Assembly (NCBI RefSeq): GCF_036321535.1
Contig: NC_087452.1
Coordinates: 41,664,001 to 41,728,000 of the forward strand
DNA length: 64,000 bases
Direction of reading: 5' to 3'
From: Camelus dromedarius
Lineage: Eukaryota
Shown here: piece by piece, positions 36,501-49,056 of the stretch
Layout: every line of letters begins with the position of its first letter
Numbering within the stretch: the first letter of the stretch is position 1
The notes under the pieces: generated by a model
Database searches by the model: none
Told to the model about the DNA's origin: nothing
Seen by the model: the letters and a program-made list of their open reading frames with translations, nothing else
Made by a program: the position numbers and the translations under genes

Positions 36501-36599
36501 TGAGAAGCGAAAACCAGGCAAGATGAACATCAGGTCTGGCCAGGACAAAGCCCATCTTTGTGAGACTGGGGCAATACTGGCTCGACCAGCAAATGCACG

Positions 36600-36755
36600 G
36601 GACCTAGGACAGGTCACGTGACTTCTTTGTGCTTCAGTTTCTTTACCTGTAAAATGGGGACAATAGGCCTGTTGTGAGAATTAAAAGTTCTTATAAAGTA
36701 CTCAGAATGGTGCCTAGCACAGGATAAGCAATTCATAAATGTTTGCTCTTACTTA
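36600..36755 (+). mobile_element. MIR SINE
   Basis: tgtgcttcagtttctttacctgtaaaatggggacaata...gtgcctagcacaggataagcaattcataaatgt. Confidence 0.8.
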
Positions 36756-37947
36756 TTGTCACAAGTCTATAAGCTTTTGTTTCATAAAGCAGTGGGGGTT
36801 CTCCAGGTAAATCCTGGCTCAAAGGCTGGCTTCTGTGGGTCTTCATGTGACCCCTGGCATCTGACAACCAGGAGGCATAAGTTACTCTGACAGACCTTGG
36901 CTACTTAAACTGCAACTGGGAAAGCAAAACTAGAAAAATCTCTGAAGTGATTCTACTCAATTGCTCTAAAAACTGGAGATGCAGAGATGAGGAAAGAAAA
37001 GGGAGGTAGGGGTTAAGGGTCCAGATGAATGCTCTTGGGGCTGTTTACCTGCATCTCCTTAGAAAAAGAACTATGCTTTCAGGTTGAGGCAACCACTTAG
37101 TCAGCTCTCTGCTTAGCTCTGCACCTGCCCCGTCTGCAACTGACACAGTGGCTGCTTGCCCCCAGCTGTGCATCAAAAAGAAGCACCTTCCCATGTGAGG
37201 AGGACCGCATGAGGACCATGCAAGGACCCCATCACGGTCTCTCTTGCAGGCTCCCCGACTGGGCCTTTACAGGCTGCCGTTTCCCTGGGGCTCTGGCAGT
37301 GCAGGCCAGTCAGAAGGACCACCCCTCTTCCTCTTCCTTAGTTCTGCTGACAAAGACATGCCCATGCCTGGTCCTAGCAGCTGCCCTTCTCTCCATACAG
37401 ACAGTTGGCCCACGGGAGTGGAATCCCACAGGGTAGTCAAAGGAGATTGCTGGCAGGGGCAGATGGGGTGATCCTAAGACTTAAATTTCTCCATTTCTCT
37501 GAGCAGTCCTGGGTGAGAGACAGAAATCCTGGGAAGGTTGTAAAGAGCTAGAGATGTTGGGCACAGGCCTTCCTCTGCCACACTCTGTGCCCTCTGACAA
37601 TGCAGGGGGCGTGTGATGCTGTGGACAAACAGGCAGTGGCTGTTTCCCTGGATATACCCTTGGGGCTAACGCTTCTCTCTGGGCCCCTGGACCTGGTGTC
37701 ACTGCTGCCCAGCAAGTTAAAACCACGTTTCCCACTCATATATGTCTGCTTCTTTGGCTCCAAGGACTGGGGACCTCCCATCCTCCAGCACAGCAAAAGA
37801 GGGGCTTAGAGAGGGCCTATGAAAGTAAGTGCACAGATGGTTGGTCTCTTTGAGGCTTTAGTCCTAAAGATGAGACAGGAAGCCTTCTAAATACCTCCCT
37901 GGTCTCTCTGGGCAGACTGCTGGCTGGGTAGCAAGAACAAGTATATT

Positions 37948-38255
37948 GGGGTAGAGGGATAGCTCAGTAGTAGAGTGGGTGCTTAGCATGCGCAAGGTCC
38001 TGGGTTCAATCCCCTGTACCTCCATTAAGTCTTGTCTTTTTTTTTGGGGTGGGGTGGGGTGGGGTAGGGTTGGGTTGGAGAGGTAATAAGGTTTATTTAT
38101 TTATTTATTTTTATTTACTTTTTTTTAATTTACTTTTTTAATGGACGTACTGGGGATTGAACCCCAGGACCTCGTGCATGTTAAGCACACCCTACCACTG
38201 AGCTATACCCTCCCCCTCCAGTACCTCCACTAAAAACACAAAAAAACAAAAAAAA
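37948..38255 (+). mobile_element. Vic-1-like SINE (plus) interrupted by a minus-strand copy
   Basis: Head 37948-38028; its 3' end (gtacctccactaaaaac plus A-rich tail) resumes at 38221. Confidence 0.8.
38037..38215 (-). mobile_element. Vic-1-like SINE (minus), nested
   Basis: tactggggattgaaccccaggacctcgtgcatgttaagcac...tgagctataccctcccc; long tail including (GGGGT)n. Confidence 0.9.
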
Positions 38256-38294
38256 GAGCTCCTTCAAAGCACCACCTACTGATGGGGAGTGTAG

Positions 38295-38750
38295 CTGACA
38301 CCTGATATTTTTGCTGCCAAAATCCATTATCCTTCTTTCTGGTAAAAGTTCCCCCACTCTCACTCCACCAGCTTTCAGTCCATTGCCGGGCCAACCAGCC
38401 ACACGATCAGCTTAGGGATGGGCCCATAAGCCACAGTGGGCCAAGAAAAGTCTGCCCCAGGGTTCATGCAACAGCTAGGGAAAGAGATGTTCTCTTTTTG
38501 TAAGCTGCTGGGGTGTAAGCCTGGAGCCACCTGTGGCCACCTTTGCCATCAAGGGAGAAGCACCTACCTGAGCATGAGCCAAAACTGAGGAGAAAGTAGT
38601 TGAGGTGTGGAGAGGGGCAGATCTCCGACATCATCTGAGGACTTGGTTTCAATACACTAGGCCTTTCCGGAATTTTCAGTTATGGAAGAGAATACATTCC
38701 GTTTTCCTTTTGAGCCAATACTAACTGGGCATGTTACTGGCAATGGAAAG
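38295..38750 (+). mobile_element. MLT1 (MaLR) LTR
   Basis: gtgtaagcctggagccacctgtggccacctttgcc...ttttcagttatggaagagaatacattcc. Confidence 0.6.
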
Positions 38751-38759
38751 GATTATGCC

Positions 38760-39200
38760 TGAAAACGAGAGCTCCCAGGTGAGGCCACGCAGAAGCACTG
38801 ATGAATCATGTAGGCACGATCTCTGCCTCATGACATGCACACCCTTAAGGAGAGACACTTGAATACACAACTCTGATAAAGTCCGAGCCGTGTTAGGATG
38901 GGGCAGCACGGGGCACTGCTGGTGCCCAAGGAAGGGTCCAGATTTGGGGGTGAGGGGTGGGAGTGATTTCTTAGAAGAAGTGTCTTCTAAGCTGGGCTGA
39001 TGGTTTCATAAAACTGTTGGAGGGGACAGGACGTAGGGGAATGGCAATGTCTGGAGGCCCTGAAGTGAGAGGAAGCATGAAATATTTGAGAAATCCAAGA
39101 AGTGGCAAGGAGTACACAGTGGGGGTGATGACAGCAAGGGCCCTGTAAACCATGGGGACGAGTCTGGCTTTGATTGTGTGAAAATGGGGAATCACATTAT
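38760..39200 (-). mobile_element. L2 fragment
   Basis: ttcttagaagaagtgtcttctaagctggg; agcaagggccctgtaaaccatgggg. Confidence 0.55.
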
Positions 39201-39390
39201 CAGACCCATACCACAAATGTCATGATTTGATGTCTGTCACTGGAGCTACTCAGCTTAGATTTTAAATTATAACCAATGTAGGCTATCAATCTGCATTAAA
39301 GATTTCCAGGATATGTACAAATTACAGATGTGCACTCTTTCGTGTAAAGGGCCTAGAATGTAATTTCTTATTTTAAAATGGACTTTAACG

Positions 39391-39931
39391 TGAAAGCAAC
39401 CTAAATGTCCATAGACAGATGATTGGACAAAGAAGATGTGGTATATAGATATAGATGTAGTGTATCTATATCTATATCTATATACACAATGGAATACTAC
39501 TCAGCCATAAAAAAGAATGAAATAATGCCATTTGCAGCAACATGGATGGACCTAGAGATTATCATACTAAGTGAAGTAAGTCAGAGAAAAACAAATATCA
39601 TATGATATTACTTATTTGTGGAATCTAAAAAATGATACAAATGAAATTATTTACAAGACTCAGACATAAAAAGTAAACTTATGGTTACCAAAGGGGAAAG
39701 AGTGGGTGGAGGGATACATTAGGAGTTTGGGATTAGCAGATACAAATGACTATATATAAAATAGATAAACAACAAGGTCCCACTGTACAGCACAGGGAAC
39801 TATATTCAGTATCTTATAATGTCCTATAATGAAATAGAATAGGAAAAAGAATATATATATGTACCTGAATCACCATGGTGTACACCAGAAACTAACACAA
39901 CATTGTAAACCAACTATACTTCAATTAAAAA
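39391..39931 (+). mobile_element. L1 3' end (ORF2 C-terminus plus 3' UTR), 5'-truncated
   Basis: atggaatactactcagccataaaaaagaatgaaataatgccatttgcagcaacatggatggacctagag = [23 protein letters not shown]; ends caattaaaaaa; flanking gactttaa repeat. Confidence 0.93.
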
Positions 39932-40699
39932 ACTGACTTTAAATACAAGTTGGAAAATACATGGAAAGAAAATGAATTTTGGAGTTATATTTGGGTTCAA
40001 ATTCAGCCCTGCCATCTGTTAGCCAGTGTGACTTCATTTGCCTGAGCCACAATAGTAACATGAGAATCATAATATCTACCCCCACAGGGTTGTTGTGTGA
40101 ATGCAGCAAAAACATGTATGCTTGTGTGAGAGAGAAATCTACCAGCAGCTTAAGACATAGCAACAAAAACTTATGACTGGTTTGGATACTGTGCAGTGTC
40201 ACTGTGAACATTCAGAAGTTCACTTGTATCCAGACAACAGTCCTCACCAAAGCAGCCTGCCTCCATGAGAAAACACGTAGGCAGACCCATTTTGCTTTTG
40301 GTTTTGTGAATTCTAAACTTAGAACCTGAAGTAGCTCTTTAAAACTCTACCTCCTACCTAGTGAAGGTTTCTTTGTGTAATAATAATAATGCTAGGAAGC
40401 AAACAAACAAATAAGAAGCAGCTCCACACGTGAAGCTTAAAATAAACCCTGGGATTCAGGCCTCTTCTAGGAACTCTTATATAAAATATGGTTAGAAATA
40501 AAGGGTTGCAGTCAAAAACATGGAATGTCTCAGGGAAAGTCCACTGAGGCTGACAGTGAGGGTCTGGTCCTTTAGTGGGACGAGGGGAATCTGTTTATGC
40601 CAACAGACAGAAGGCACAACTGACCCCATCACCAGTTGGAATAATAGGCCAAGAGAGGCATTTCTTTTCTGTTTTTTGGAGTATTTTTTTTTCCGTCTT

Positions 40700-40789
40700 T
40701 GTTTTTTTTTTTAATGGAGGTACTGGGGATTGAACCCAGGACCTCGTGCATGCTAAGCATGTGCTTTACCACTGAGCTATACTCTCCCC
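40700..40789 (-). mobile_element. Vic-1-like SINE
   Basis: atggaggtactggggattgaacccaggacctcgtgcatgctaagcatgtgctttaccactgagctatac. Confidence 0.9.
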
Positions 40790-43700
40790 TCCTGAGAGGG
40801 GCATCTCTAATGACTCTCTTACTTCCTGACCTGACTGGTTCCCTTCTGTATCCAGAAATTGAAATGTTGACCCAAAAAAGCCAGCATTTCCTAACTGGTG
40901 TGATAGCTGCCTGCCACATAAGCACCACCCTTTCACAATTTTTGTGTTCCAGCCTGGGTTCGATTCCAGATGTAGAGAGGCTGAGAGTCGTCCTGAATGA
41001 ACCCCTGGCTGCAGGCTCTAGGGTCTACTTTGGTTCTGAGCATCGCACACTCTCCTCTGTGAGGCCCTCACCAAAATCTGTCCTTATGCCTGACCTGACC
41101 TAGAACTCCCAGTGCCCCCACATCTCTGTACAATCCAAGGAGTAATTCAGGGTGAAGATGAAAGTAGCTGAAACGCCGGCGGACGTGTTTGCTACTGACG
41201 ATGAATCCATCCCCAATCATTCAAGTTTCTCCCCAAGTGAAAATACTGCACCTTGGCAGCTACAGAAGACAAAGAAGGTTGACCTTGAATTTCCACAGCG
41301 CCAAGCCAGCCTATGTGCTGGTTTACAGTCCAGACTGCCCAAGACCCAGTATAATAGAATTTCTAGGGAAAAACTGACAACACACGGAGGTTACTGTTAA
41401 TTTGTCAAAGCACCGAAGCTGTCCTCAGAAACAGCTTCTTTCTTGTCACAGGAGCAGAACTGAGAAAGGTATTGCACAGTAGATTTATGTCATCCCTGTA
41501 TTTATAGCAGAATATTAAAAACATGTGGACACCAATACTGTTGTGGCTGCAAAACTAGACACCAAGAATTTCCCAAAGTAAGGCTATTTCTTCACATTCG
41601 GAGATGTCAGAGCACATTCCAACCCTGAAGAGACCATACGGCTGAATTCACAGCTACATTATTAGGGGGAGTGGCGGGGGGCTAAATACCTTTTTCTAAA
41701 GGAGGAGGGAGAGCTCCTCCCAAGGGTCGAGGGTCGGCATTTAAATGAATGCGCCGTTTCTTCTCTCCCAGAACTGGGCTGCAATGTCTGGAATGCATCC
41801 CAGGTCCGTGGTTTGGAATGGGTGTCTAACAGGAAATTCTGGGCAGTCTATGCATACATCACATTCCTTTCCCACCCCGAAAGAGTCGTCAACAAACACA
41901 ACTTTCCTCTGTTTGAATAAAAGGGGGGAGGGATTTGGGGGCGGGGAGAGGCCAGGGCGCAGACCGCACAGAGTTCAAAAGCAGATGTGGCCACTGAGAA
42001 TCCAAACATCCTTTTCTCCTAGAAAAAGGACTCAGCCACTTTTTCAGTCAGTCCCTATTCTATTTCCCAGTGACAGATTTCTCCAGGGACTTCTACCTGA
42101 TGCTCTATGAAAGAAACATACCTTTGGAAGCTCTTTTTCCCACTGCAGCCGGTAATGGGCAGTGGTTCCTCCAGCAGTGAGACATCAAGGGGGCAGACCA
42201 ACAAGGGGCAGATGGCTAAAAACTGGGCAGGAGAAATTCTAACTTCATCCTCCCGAGATGGTAGGATGTGCCTCCCTGGCTCACTGCTGGTTCTTAACAG
42301 CCCACGTTGTAAGAGGCCCTGCACATAAATCACCTCTGGTCTTCACAGTGTGCAGGGCTCGGAGTGCATACAACTGCGCAGTGAGGGTACTGGTGTTCCA
42401 AGCCAGAGCAGCCTGACTGCAGGGTTCCCGGGCTTCCTACCACGCCTCCCTGCCTCTCCCTAGCACTTTATGGGTTTGGGTTTTATTTCCTGGGAGTAAC
42501 TCTAAACATGAGGCCTTGTGCTGCCTGCCTTTACTCCAGATATTACGCTTATGAAATCGCCAAAACGAACCAGCAATACTCCTGGCAGCCCTATTAGACG
42601 AAGCCAGACACAGTGGTTGTTCCACTGTCCCTCGAATGTACCCAGGCCACCAAACTCTGTGACTCAGCCTCCCAGGAGAGCCCCTCTGCCGGGAATGCCT
42701 TTCCTGGCCTCAGCACTTCCCCAGAGCCCCCCATGTCCCAGGTCACACAGCTCCTAAGTATCAGGGCTGGATATACACCAGGTCTGGGTGAGTCTAGAAT
42801 CTAAGCTTTTAACCATCACTATATAGAGTCTGTTTTTCACATTGAGAGCCAAAATAAGTAACGGGACAGAGGACTGAAACAGATAATGCACTTAAGAGGA
42901 AGTAAAGGTTAAAATTTAACAGTAATCAAATAAATGAATGTTTAACAATGAGGCCCTGTTTTGTACCTAATAAATGAACAGAAATGATAAAAGCAAAAAC
43001 ACAATGGCCAACGGTGGTAAGGCTCAGTTGGCCCATTCACGCAAACACTGCTGGTGACTCTGTAAACTGGAACAATCCATGTGAAAAGCAGGCGAGTGAT
43101 GTGTCGAAGGCCATGAAGCATTCATGCCAGCGATCTAAGCATCCAACAGAGTGGGGATGCTTAATTAAATCAGTGCCCAGCAACTGGAGCAAACACTGTG
43201 CAGCCCCAAGAAATGACAATGAAGAAGACACGCGGGGAAGCACATGCAGTCAGGGTCAGGAGAGGCATCTCCAGACACTGTGCTGCACTGTGTCTGTTAA
43301 CTCTGGGATGTGCTTCTGGGCTCTAGGGGCACCGGCTTGGAACATACCTTGTTCACGTCTGAGTCCCTAAGACCTACAGACACCTACTATATGGTGCAAA
43401 ACAGGCCTGTCATAACAGGTGTTCACTGAATGAATGAACGTGTCAAAAGGAAACACAGAACAAAGACGACTGATTTAGTAAAAGGGAACAGCTCCTGCGA
43501 TTCTTCAAGGGCACACTCAGCCCAGCAGCACCCCTTTCCTGTGATGCCCTCTCGCCCACAGCAAGCCTCCCTCCTCCAAGCAGTTTTAATCTATGCCACC
43601 TACGTGTGGTCAGCCATCTTCTGGGGAACCCAACTCACAGCTCCCTGCAGTGTTTAGTGAAGATGGCAACCCCTGCTTCCTACAAGATAATTAGTGCAAG

Positions 43701-44154
43701 TTTTCTGAAAGAGAGATTATGTGGGATTCACCAATGTGTTAAACAAGCATGATGATCTCTGGATCATAGAACTAGGTTGATTATTATTTTTCTATATACT
43801 TTTTAAAATTGAGTCTTAATTTTTACAATCTACATCATTTTTATAGTGGAAAAAACTGAGTAAATATTTAAAATGTTTGTTTCTACTTAATAAAATACAT
43901 GTGAACTTTTCACATTTCATCAAACATCCTCCTACAACCTTATTTTGACTGGTTGTATTGTGCCATAATTAAACCAGCTTTGGACACTTACATTGTTTCC
44001 TTTGACAATTGCTTGTTGTAACAAACACTGCAATTTGTTTGCTGGGCATAATCTAGTTGTTCATCAGTGTGGGACAAAATAGAATACAATTCTGGTGTGG
44101 AATATTATACAGCTGTTAAAAAGAAGGCTGCAGCTCCACATGCATTGATAATAG

Positions 44155-44370
44155 CTAACACTTATCTTACCTAAGATGCATCCCACACTAATCTATGCAC
44201 TTTACGTATGTTGCCTCATTTAATCCTTTCAGTAATTTTACGAGGTAAGAACTATTATTCTATTCATTTTGTAGATGAGGAAACTAAGGCCCAGAAAAGT
44301 TAAGAAATTTGCCCAAGATGACACAGCTAGTAAGTGGTAGACTTTATTCAAACCCAAGTAGTCTGGGCTC
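44155..44370 (-). mobile_element. MIR SINE
   Basis: cattttgtagatgaggaaactaaggcccagaaaagttaagaaatttgcccaagatgacacagctagtaagtgg. Confidence 0.88.
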
Positions 44371-45194
44371 TAAACCTCCACACTGTACTCCCTTCTGATG
44401 ATGGAGCACGTTCTAAGATGTAGTAAATGAGAAAAGCAAGGTACACATGGAACATGTAGTGTGCTACCATCAACCTTCAAATTCAAAATCAAATAAATTA
44501 ACAAAATAAAAAGCATAGGCACGTACACATTCTTATTTGTATAAAGAGTATCTCTGTAAGGATTTATATAAATAACTGATAGCTCCACAGGAGAGAAATG
44601 GAGGACAGAACTGAGGGGAGGGAGAATTACTTTTCACTCCATTCCCTTTAGTACCCTTTGGATTTTGTATCATGCATTAAAATAATAATTGCATACTGTG
44701 TATCATGCATTAATAATAAGTAAAAAATTAAAACATCAAAAATAATACTGCAGTGAGCACAGTATACATATTTTTATGTGCATGTCTGATTATTCCCTTA
44801 GAAGAAATTCCTAGAAATGTAATTGCTTTTTCAAAGACCAAAGTCTTTGAAAAAAATGTCAAGCCTTTTGATATCCACGGACTATCTGCCACCTAGAGAG
44901 GTGGTGTTCCATGCAGGCTGTGCAAACACAGAGACGTGAACTGGCCTTTGCCAGGCTGAAAGGTGAAAGTGGCAACTAGCTCTTGCTTTAATTTGCATTT
45001 CTTGGATTGCCATCCAAGTTCTACAATCTCCCATATATTTTTTGGCCATTTCTATTTCTTCTTTTGTAGATTTTTTGCCTATTTTCCTATTTATTTCTTT
45101 GACTTGTAAGGGTTCCTTTGTCATATATTAGAGGTGTAATCCTTGGACTATTCTGTATGTTGGAAATTGTCTCAGTTTGTCTTCAGTCCTTTAT

Positions 45195-45425
45195 TTTTTT
45201 TTTAATTGTCATATAGTCAGTTTACAATGTCGTGTCAATTTCTGGTGTACAGCATCAAGTTTCAGTCACATACATACAGACATATATTTGTTTTCATATT
45301 CTTTTTCATTATAGGTTACAAGATATTGAATATAGTTCCCTGTGCTATACAGAAGAAATTTGTTGTTTATTTTATACATAGTAGTTAGTATCTGCAAATC
45401 TTGAACTCTCAATTTATCCCTTCCC
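45195..45425 (-). mobile_element. L1 3' UTR fragment within older L1 relics (about 44560-45950)
   Basis: tagtcagtttacaatgtcgtgtcaatttctggtgtacagc...atagttccctgtgctatacag. Confidence 0.85.
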
Positions 45426-46079
45426 ATGCTTTACTTTTTAAAAATAGTAGTTATGTATGCATGCAAGTTTTAGTTTTTAGGAAGTCAAATCTAACAGTTT
45501 TAAATAATTCCTTCCCACCCTACTATAATATATGATTCATTTATATTTTCTTACAGTTCTTTTTTAGTTTAAAGTCAGTATCTTTTAAAGTAGATATTTT
45601 ATCTGTTCGGCATTCATCTGATACACAGTAGGATATATGAATCTACCTTTCCCCCCAAAAGATTAATCAAATATACTAATAATATTGGTTGAAAAATTCA
45701 TCCTTATACATTGATTTAGGCATTCTTTCTGTTCTCCCTTATCCCATCCCATCCCATCCCACTCCATTCCTTTGCTTGTGCCAGTAATGTACAGCTTTGC
45801 TACTGTAGATTTATTGTTTTATATTTAATAGTACCAGTCCTCCTTTATTTTTTTTCCAAAAGTTTCTTGGATAGACTAACCCTTTATACTTCCAGATGAA
45901 TGTCAGAATCACTTTATCAAATTCTAAAAAAAATACCATAGGGATTTAGTTGCATTAGGCTCATTAAATATACATCCACTAATTCTAGTTAATTCCATTA
46001 AAGTAATTAAAATTAAAATGAGAAAGTTAAAAAATCCATTTGTTGTACCTCATTCCTAAAAACTGTGCCAGGATTAAAA

Positions 46080-49056
46080 GTGGCCTTGGTTATCAGCTTA
46101 AAATAGATTGTTATAACTATAAGGTATTTTATGGGTCCCCTGGTAGCAACAAAGAAAATACCTATAGAAGAGACACAGAAGAAAATGAGAAAGGCTGAGT
46201 TGGTTTTTTGAAAAGACCAACAAAATTGATGAACCTTTAGCTAGACTAATCAACAAAGAGAGAAGACTCAAGTAAAATCAGTAACAAAATAGGAGACATT
46301 AAAATTGATGTTACACAAATAAAAAGGATTATAAGAGACAACTATGAACAATTATATGCTAATTGGATAACCTAGAAGAAACAGATAAATTCCTAGAAGC
46401 ATACAACCTACTAAGACTGAATCACGAATAGAAAATATGAACAGTCCAATAATGAATAAGAAGACTGAATCACTAATCTAAAATCTCCCAGCAAAGAAAA
46501 TCAATCCCAGGGCCAGACGGCTTCACTGGAGAATTCTACCAAACATTTAAAAAAGAATTAATGCCAATCCTTCTCAGACTTTTCTCAAACTTTTTCAGAA
46601 ATTCAAAGAGAAGGGAANNNNNNNNNNNNNNNNNNNNNNNNNNNNNNNNNNNNNNNNNNNNNNNNNNNNNNNNNNNNNNNNNNNNNNNNNNNNNNNNNNN
46701 NNNNNNNNNNNNNNNNNNNNNNNNNNNNNNNNNNNNNNNNNNNNNNNNNNNNNNNNNNNATAACACATTAAACTGTATTAAATTTAATAGCCNNNNNNNN
46801 NNNNNNNNNNNNNNNNNNNNNNNNNNNNNNNNNNNNNNNNNNNNNNNNNNNNNNNNNNNNNNNNNNNNNNNNNNNNNNNNNNNNNNNNNNNNNNNNNNNN
46901 NNNNNNNNNNNNNNNNNNNNNCAACAGGGGCAGAAAAAGCACTTGACAAAATTTAACACCATCTCATGATAAAAATATTAAAAAAAACTAGGATTAAAAG
47001 AAAATTACCTCAACATAATAAAGACTATATAAGAAAAGCCCATAGTTAACATCATACTAAAAGTAAAAAATGNNNNNNNNNNNNNNNNNNNNNNNNNNNN
47101 NNNNNNNNNNNNNNNNNNNNNNNNNNNNNNNNNNNNNNNNNNNNNNNNNNNNNNNNNNNNNNNNNNNNNNNNNNNNNNNNNNNNNNNNNNNNNNNNNNNN
47201 NNNNNNNNNNNNNNNNNNNNNNNNNNNNNNNNNNATGCTCTTATATGGAGAAGACCCTAAAGTTTCCACAAAAAATATTAGAACTAATAAATGAATTAGC
47301 AAAATTACTGGATATAAAATCAATGTACAAAAATCTGTTGCATTTCTATCCAGTTATAATGAATAATGAAAAGGAAATTAAGATAACAATTGTATTTACA
47401 GCATCAAAAAGAAAAAAATACTTAGGAATAAACTTAACCAAGGAGGCAAAAGACTTCTACACCGAAAACCATACAACATGGCTGGAATAAAGACAGAAAA
47501 AAATGGTAAAATAGCCAATGTTCATGAATTAGAAGACAATATTGTTAAAATGTCCACACCACTCAAAGCAATCTACAGACTCAATGTAATCCCTACCAAA
47601 ACACAAAGGCCTTCTTTTTTGCAGAAATACAAAAAAACAATCCTAGAATTCATATGGAATCACAAAGACCCTCACATAGCTAAAACAATCTTGAGAAAGA
47701 ACAAAACTGGAAGCCTCATATTTCCTGAATTCAACATATATTAGAGACGCACAGAACAGTGTGGTACTGGCATAAAGACAGATATATATACCAGTGGAAC
47801 AAAATAGAGAGCCCAGCAATAAAGCTATGCATACACAGTCAAATGATCTTCAACATGGGAGCCAAGACTACACAACGGGGAAAGTAGTCTCTTCAACAAA
47901 GTGTGTTTCTGAAAACTAGATATCCACATGCAAAACAATACAACTGGACCCTTAGATTACATACCATATAAAAAAATCAACTCAAAACAAACTAAAGGCT
48001 TAAATGTTAAGACCTNNNNNNNNNNNNNNNNNNNNNNNNNNNNNNNNNNNNNNNNNNNNNNNNNNNNNNNNNNNNNNNNNNNNNNNNNNNNNNNNNNNNN
48101 NNNNNNNNNNNNNNNNNNNNNNNNNNNNNNNNNNNNNNNNNNNNNNNNNNNNNNNNNNNNNNNNNNNNNNNNNNNNNNNNNNNNNNNNNNNNNNNNNNNN
48201 NNNNNNNNNNNNNNNNNNNNNNNNNNNNNNNNNNGGTAAGAGGTTAGTGCCCAAAATATATAAGGGACTTCCTACAACTCAAAAGCAAAACAAACAAACA
48301 AACAAAACCCCCATATAATCAGATTTTTTAAATGGGTAATGGACTCGAACTGACATTTCTATTAAAGAAGACATACAATGGTCAACAGGTATATGAACAG
48401 ATGTTCAATATCACTAGTATCAGGGAAATACAAATCAAAACTTCAGTGAGGTATCACCTCACACCTTGCAAGGATGACTACTGTCAAAACAAAAGAACAA
48501 GTGTTGGTGAGGATGCGGAGAAACTGGAACACTTGAGCACTGCTGGTGGGAATGAAAAATGGTAGCTGCTGTGGAAAACAATATGGAGGTTCCTCAAAAA
48601 ACTTAAAACCCCAAGTTTTTAATATTAAAGATATCACTACCATATGATACAGCAATCCCACTTCTGGGTATTTATATGNNNNNNNNNNNNNNNNNNNNNN
48701 NNNNNNNNNNNNNNNNNNNNNNNNNNNNNNNNNNNNNNNNNNNNNNNNNNNNNNNNNNNNNNNNNNNNNNNNNNNNNNNNNNNNNNNNNNNNNNNNNNNN
48801 NNNNNNNNNNNNNNNNNNNNNNNNNNNNNNNNNNNNNNNNNNNNNNNNNNNNNNNNNGAAATACTGCCATATGCTATACATGGATGNNNNNNNNNNNNNN
48901 NNNNNNNNNNNNNNNNNNNNNNNNNNNNNNNNNNNNNNNNNNNNNNNNNNNNNNNNNNNNNNNNNNNNNNNNNNNNNNNNNNNNNNNNNNNNNNNNNNNN
49001 NNNNNNNNNNNNNNNNNNNNNNNNNNNNNNNNNNNNNNNNNNNNNNNNNNNNNNNN
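46080..49056 (+). mobile_element. Degenerate L1 (L1MA/MB-like) with ORF2 remnants, internally deleted and N-gapped
   Basis: ccagggccagacggcttcactggagaattctaccaaacattt = [14 protein letters not shown] (46508-46549); WFFEK motif at about 46200; FIWN, WYWHKDR and HLTP motifs; frameshifts and stops throughout. Confidence 0.93.

Noticed and set aside
41152-41400. 82-aa ORF with protein-like composition
   Set aside because: No recognisable homology, GTG start, no splice or poly(A) support.
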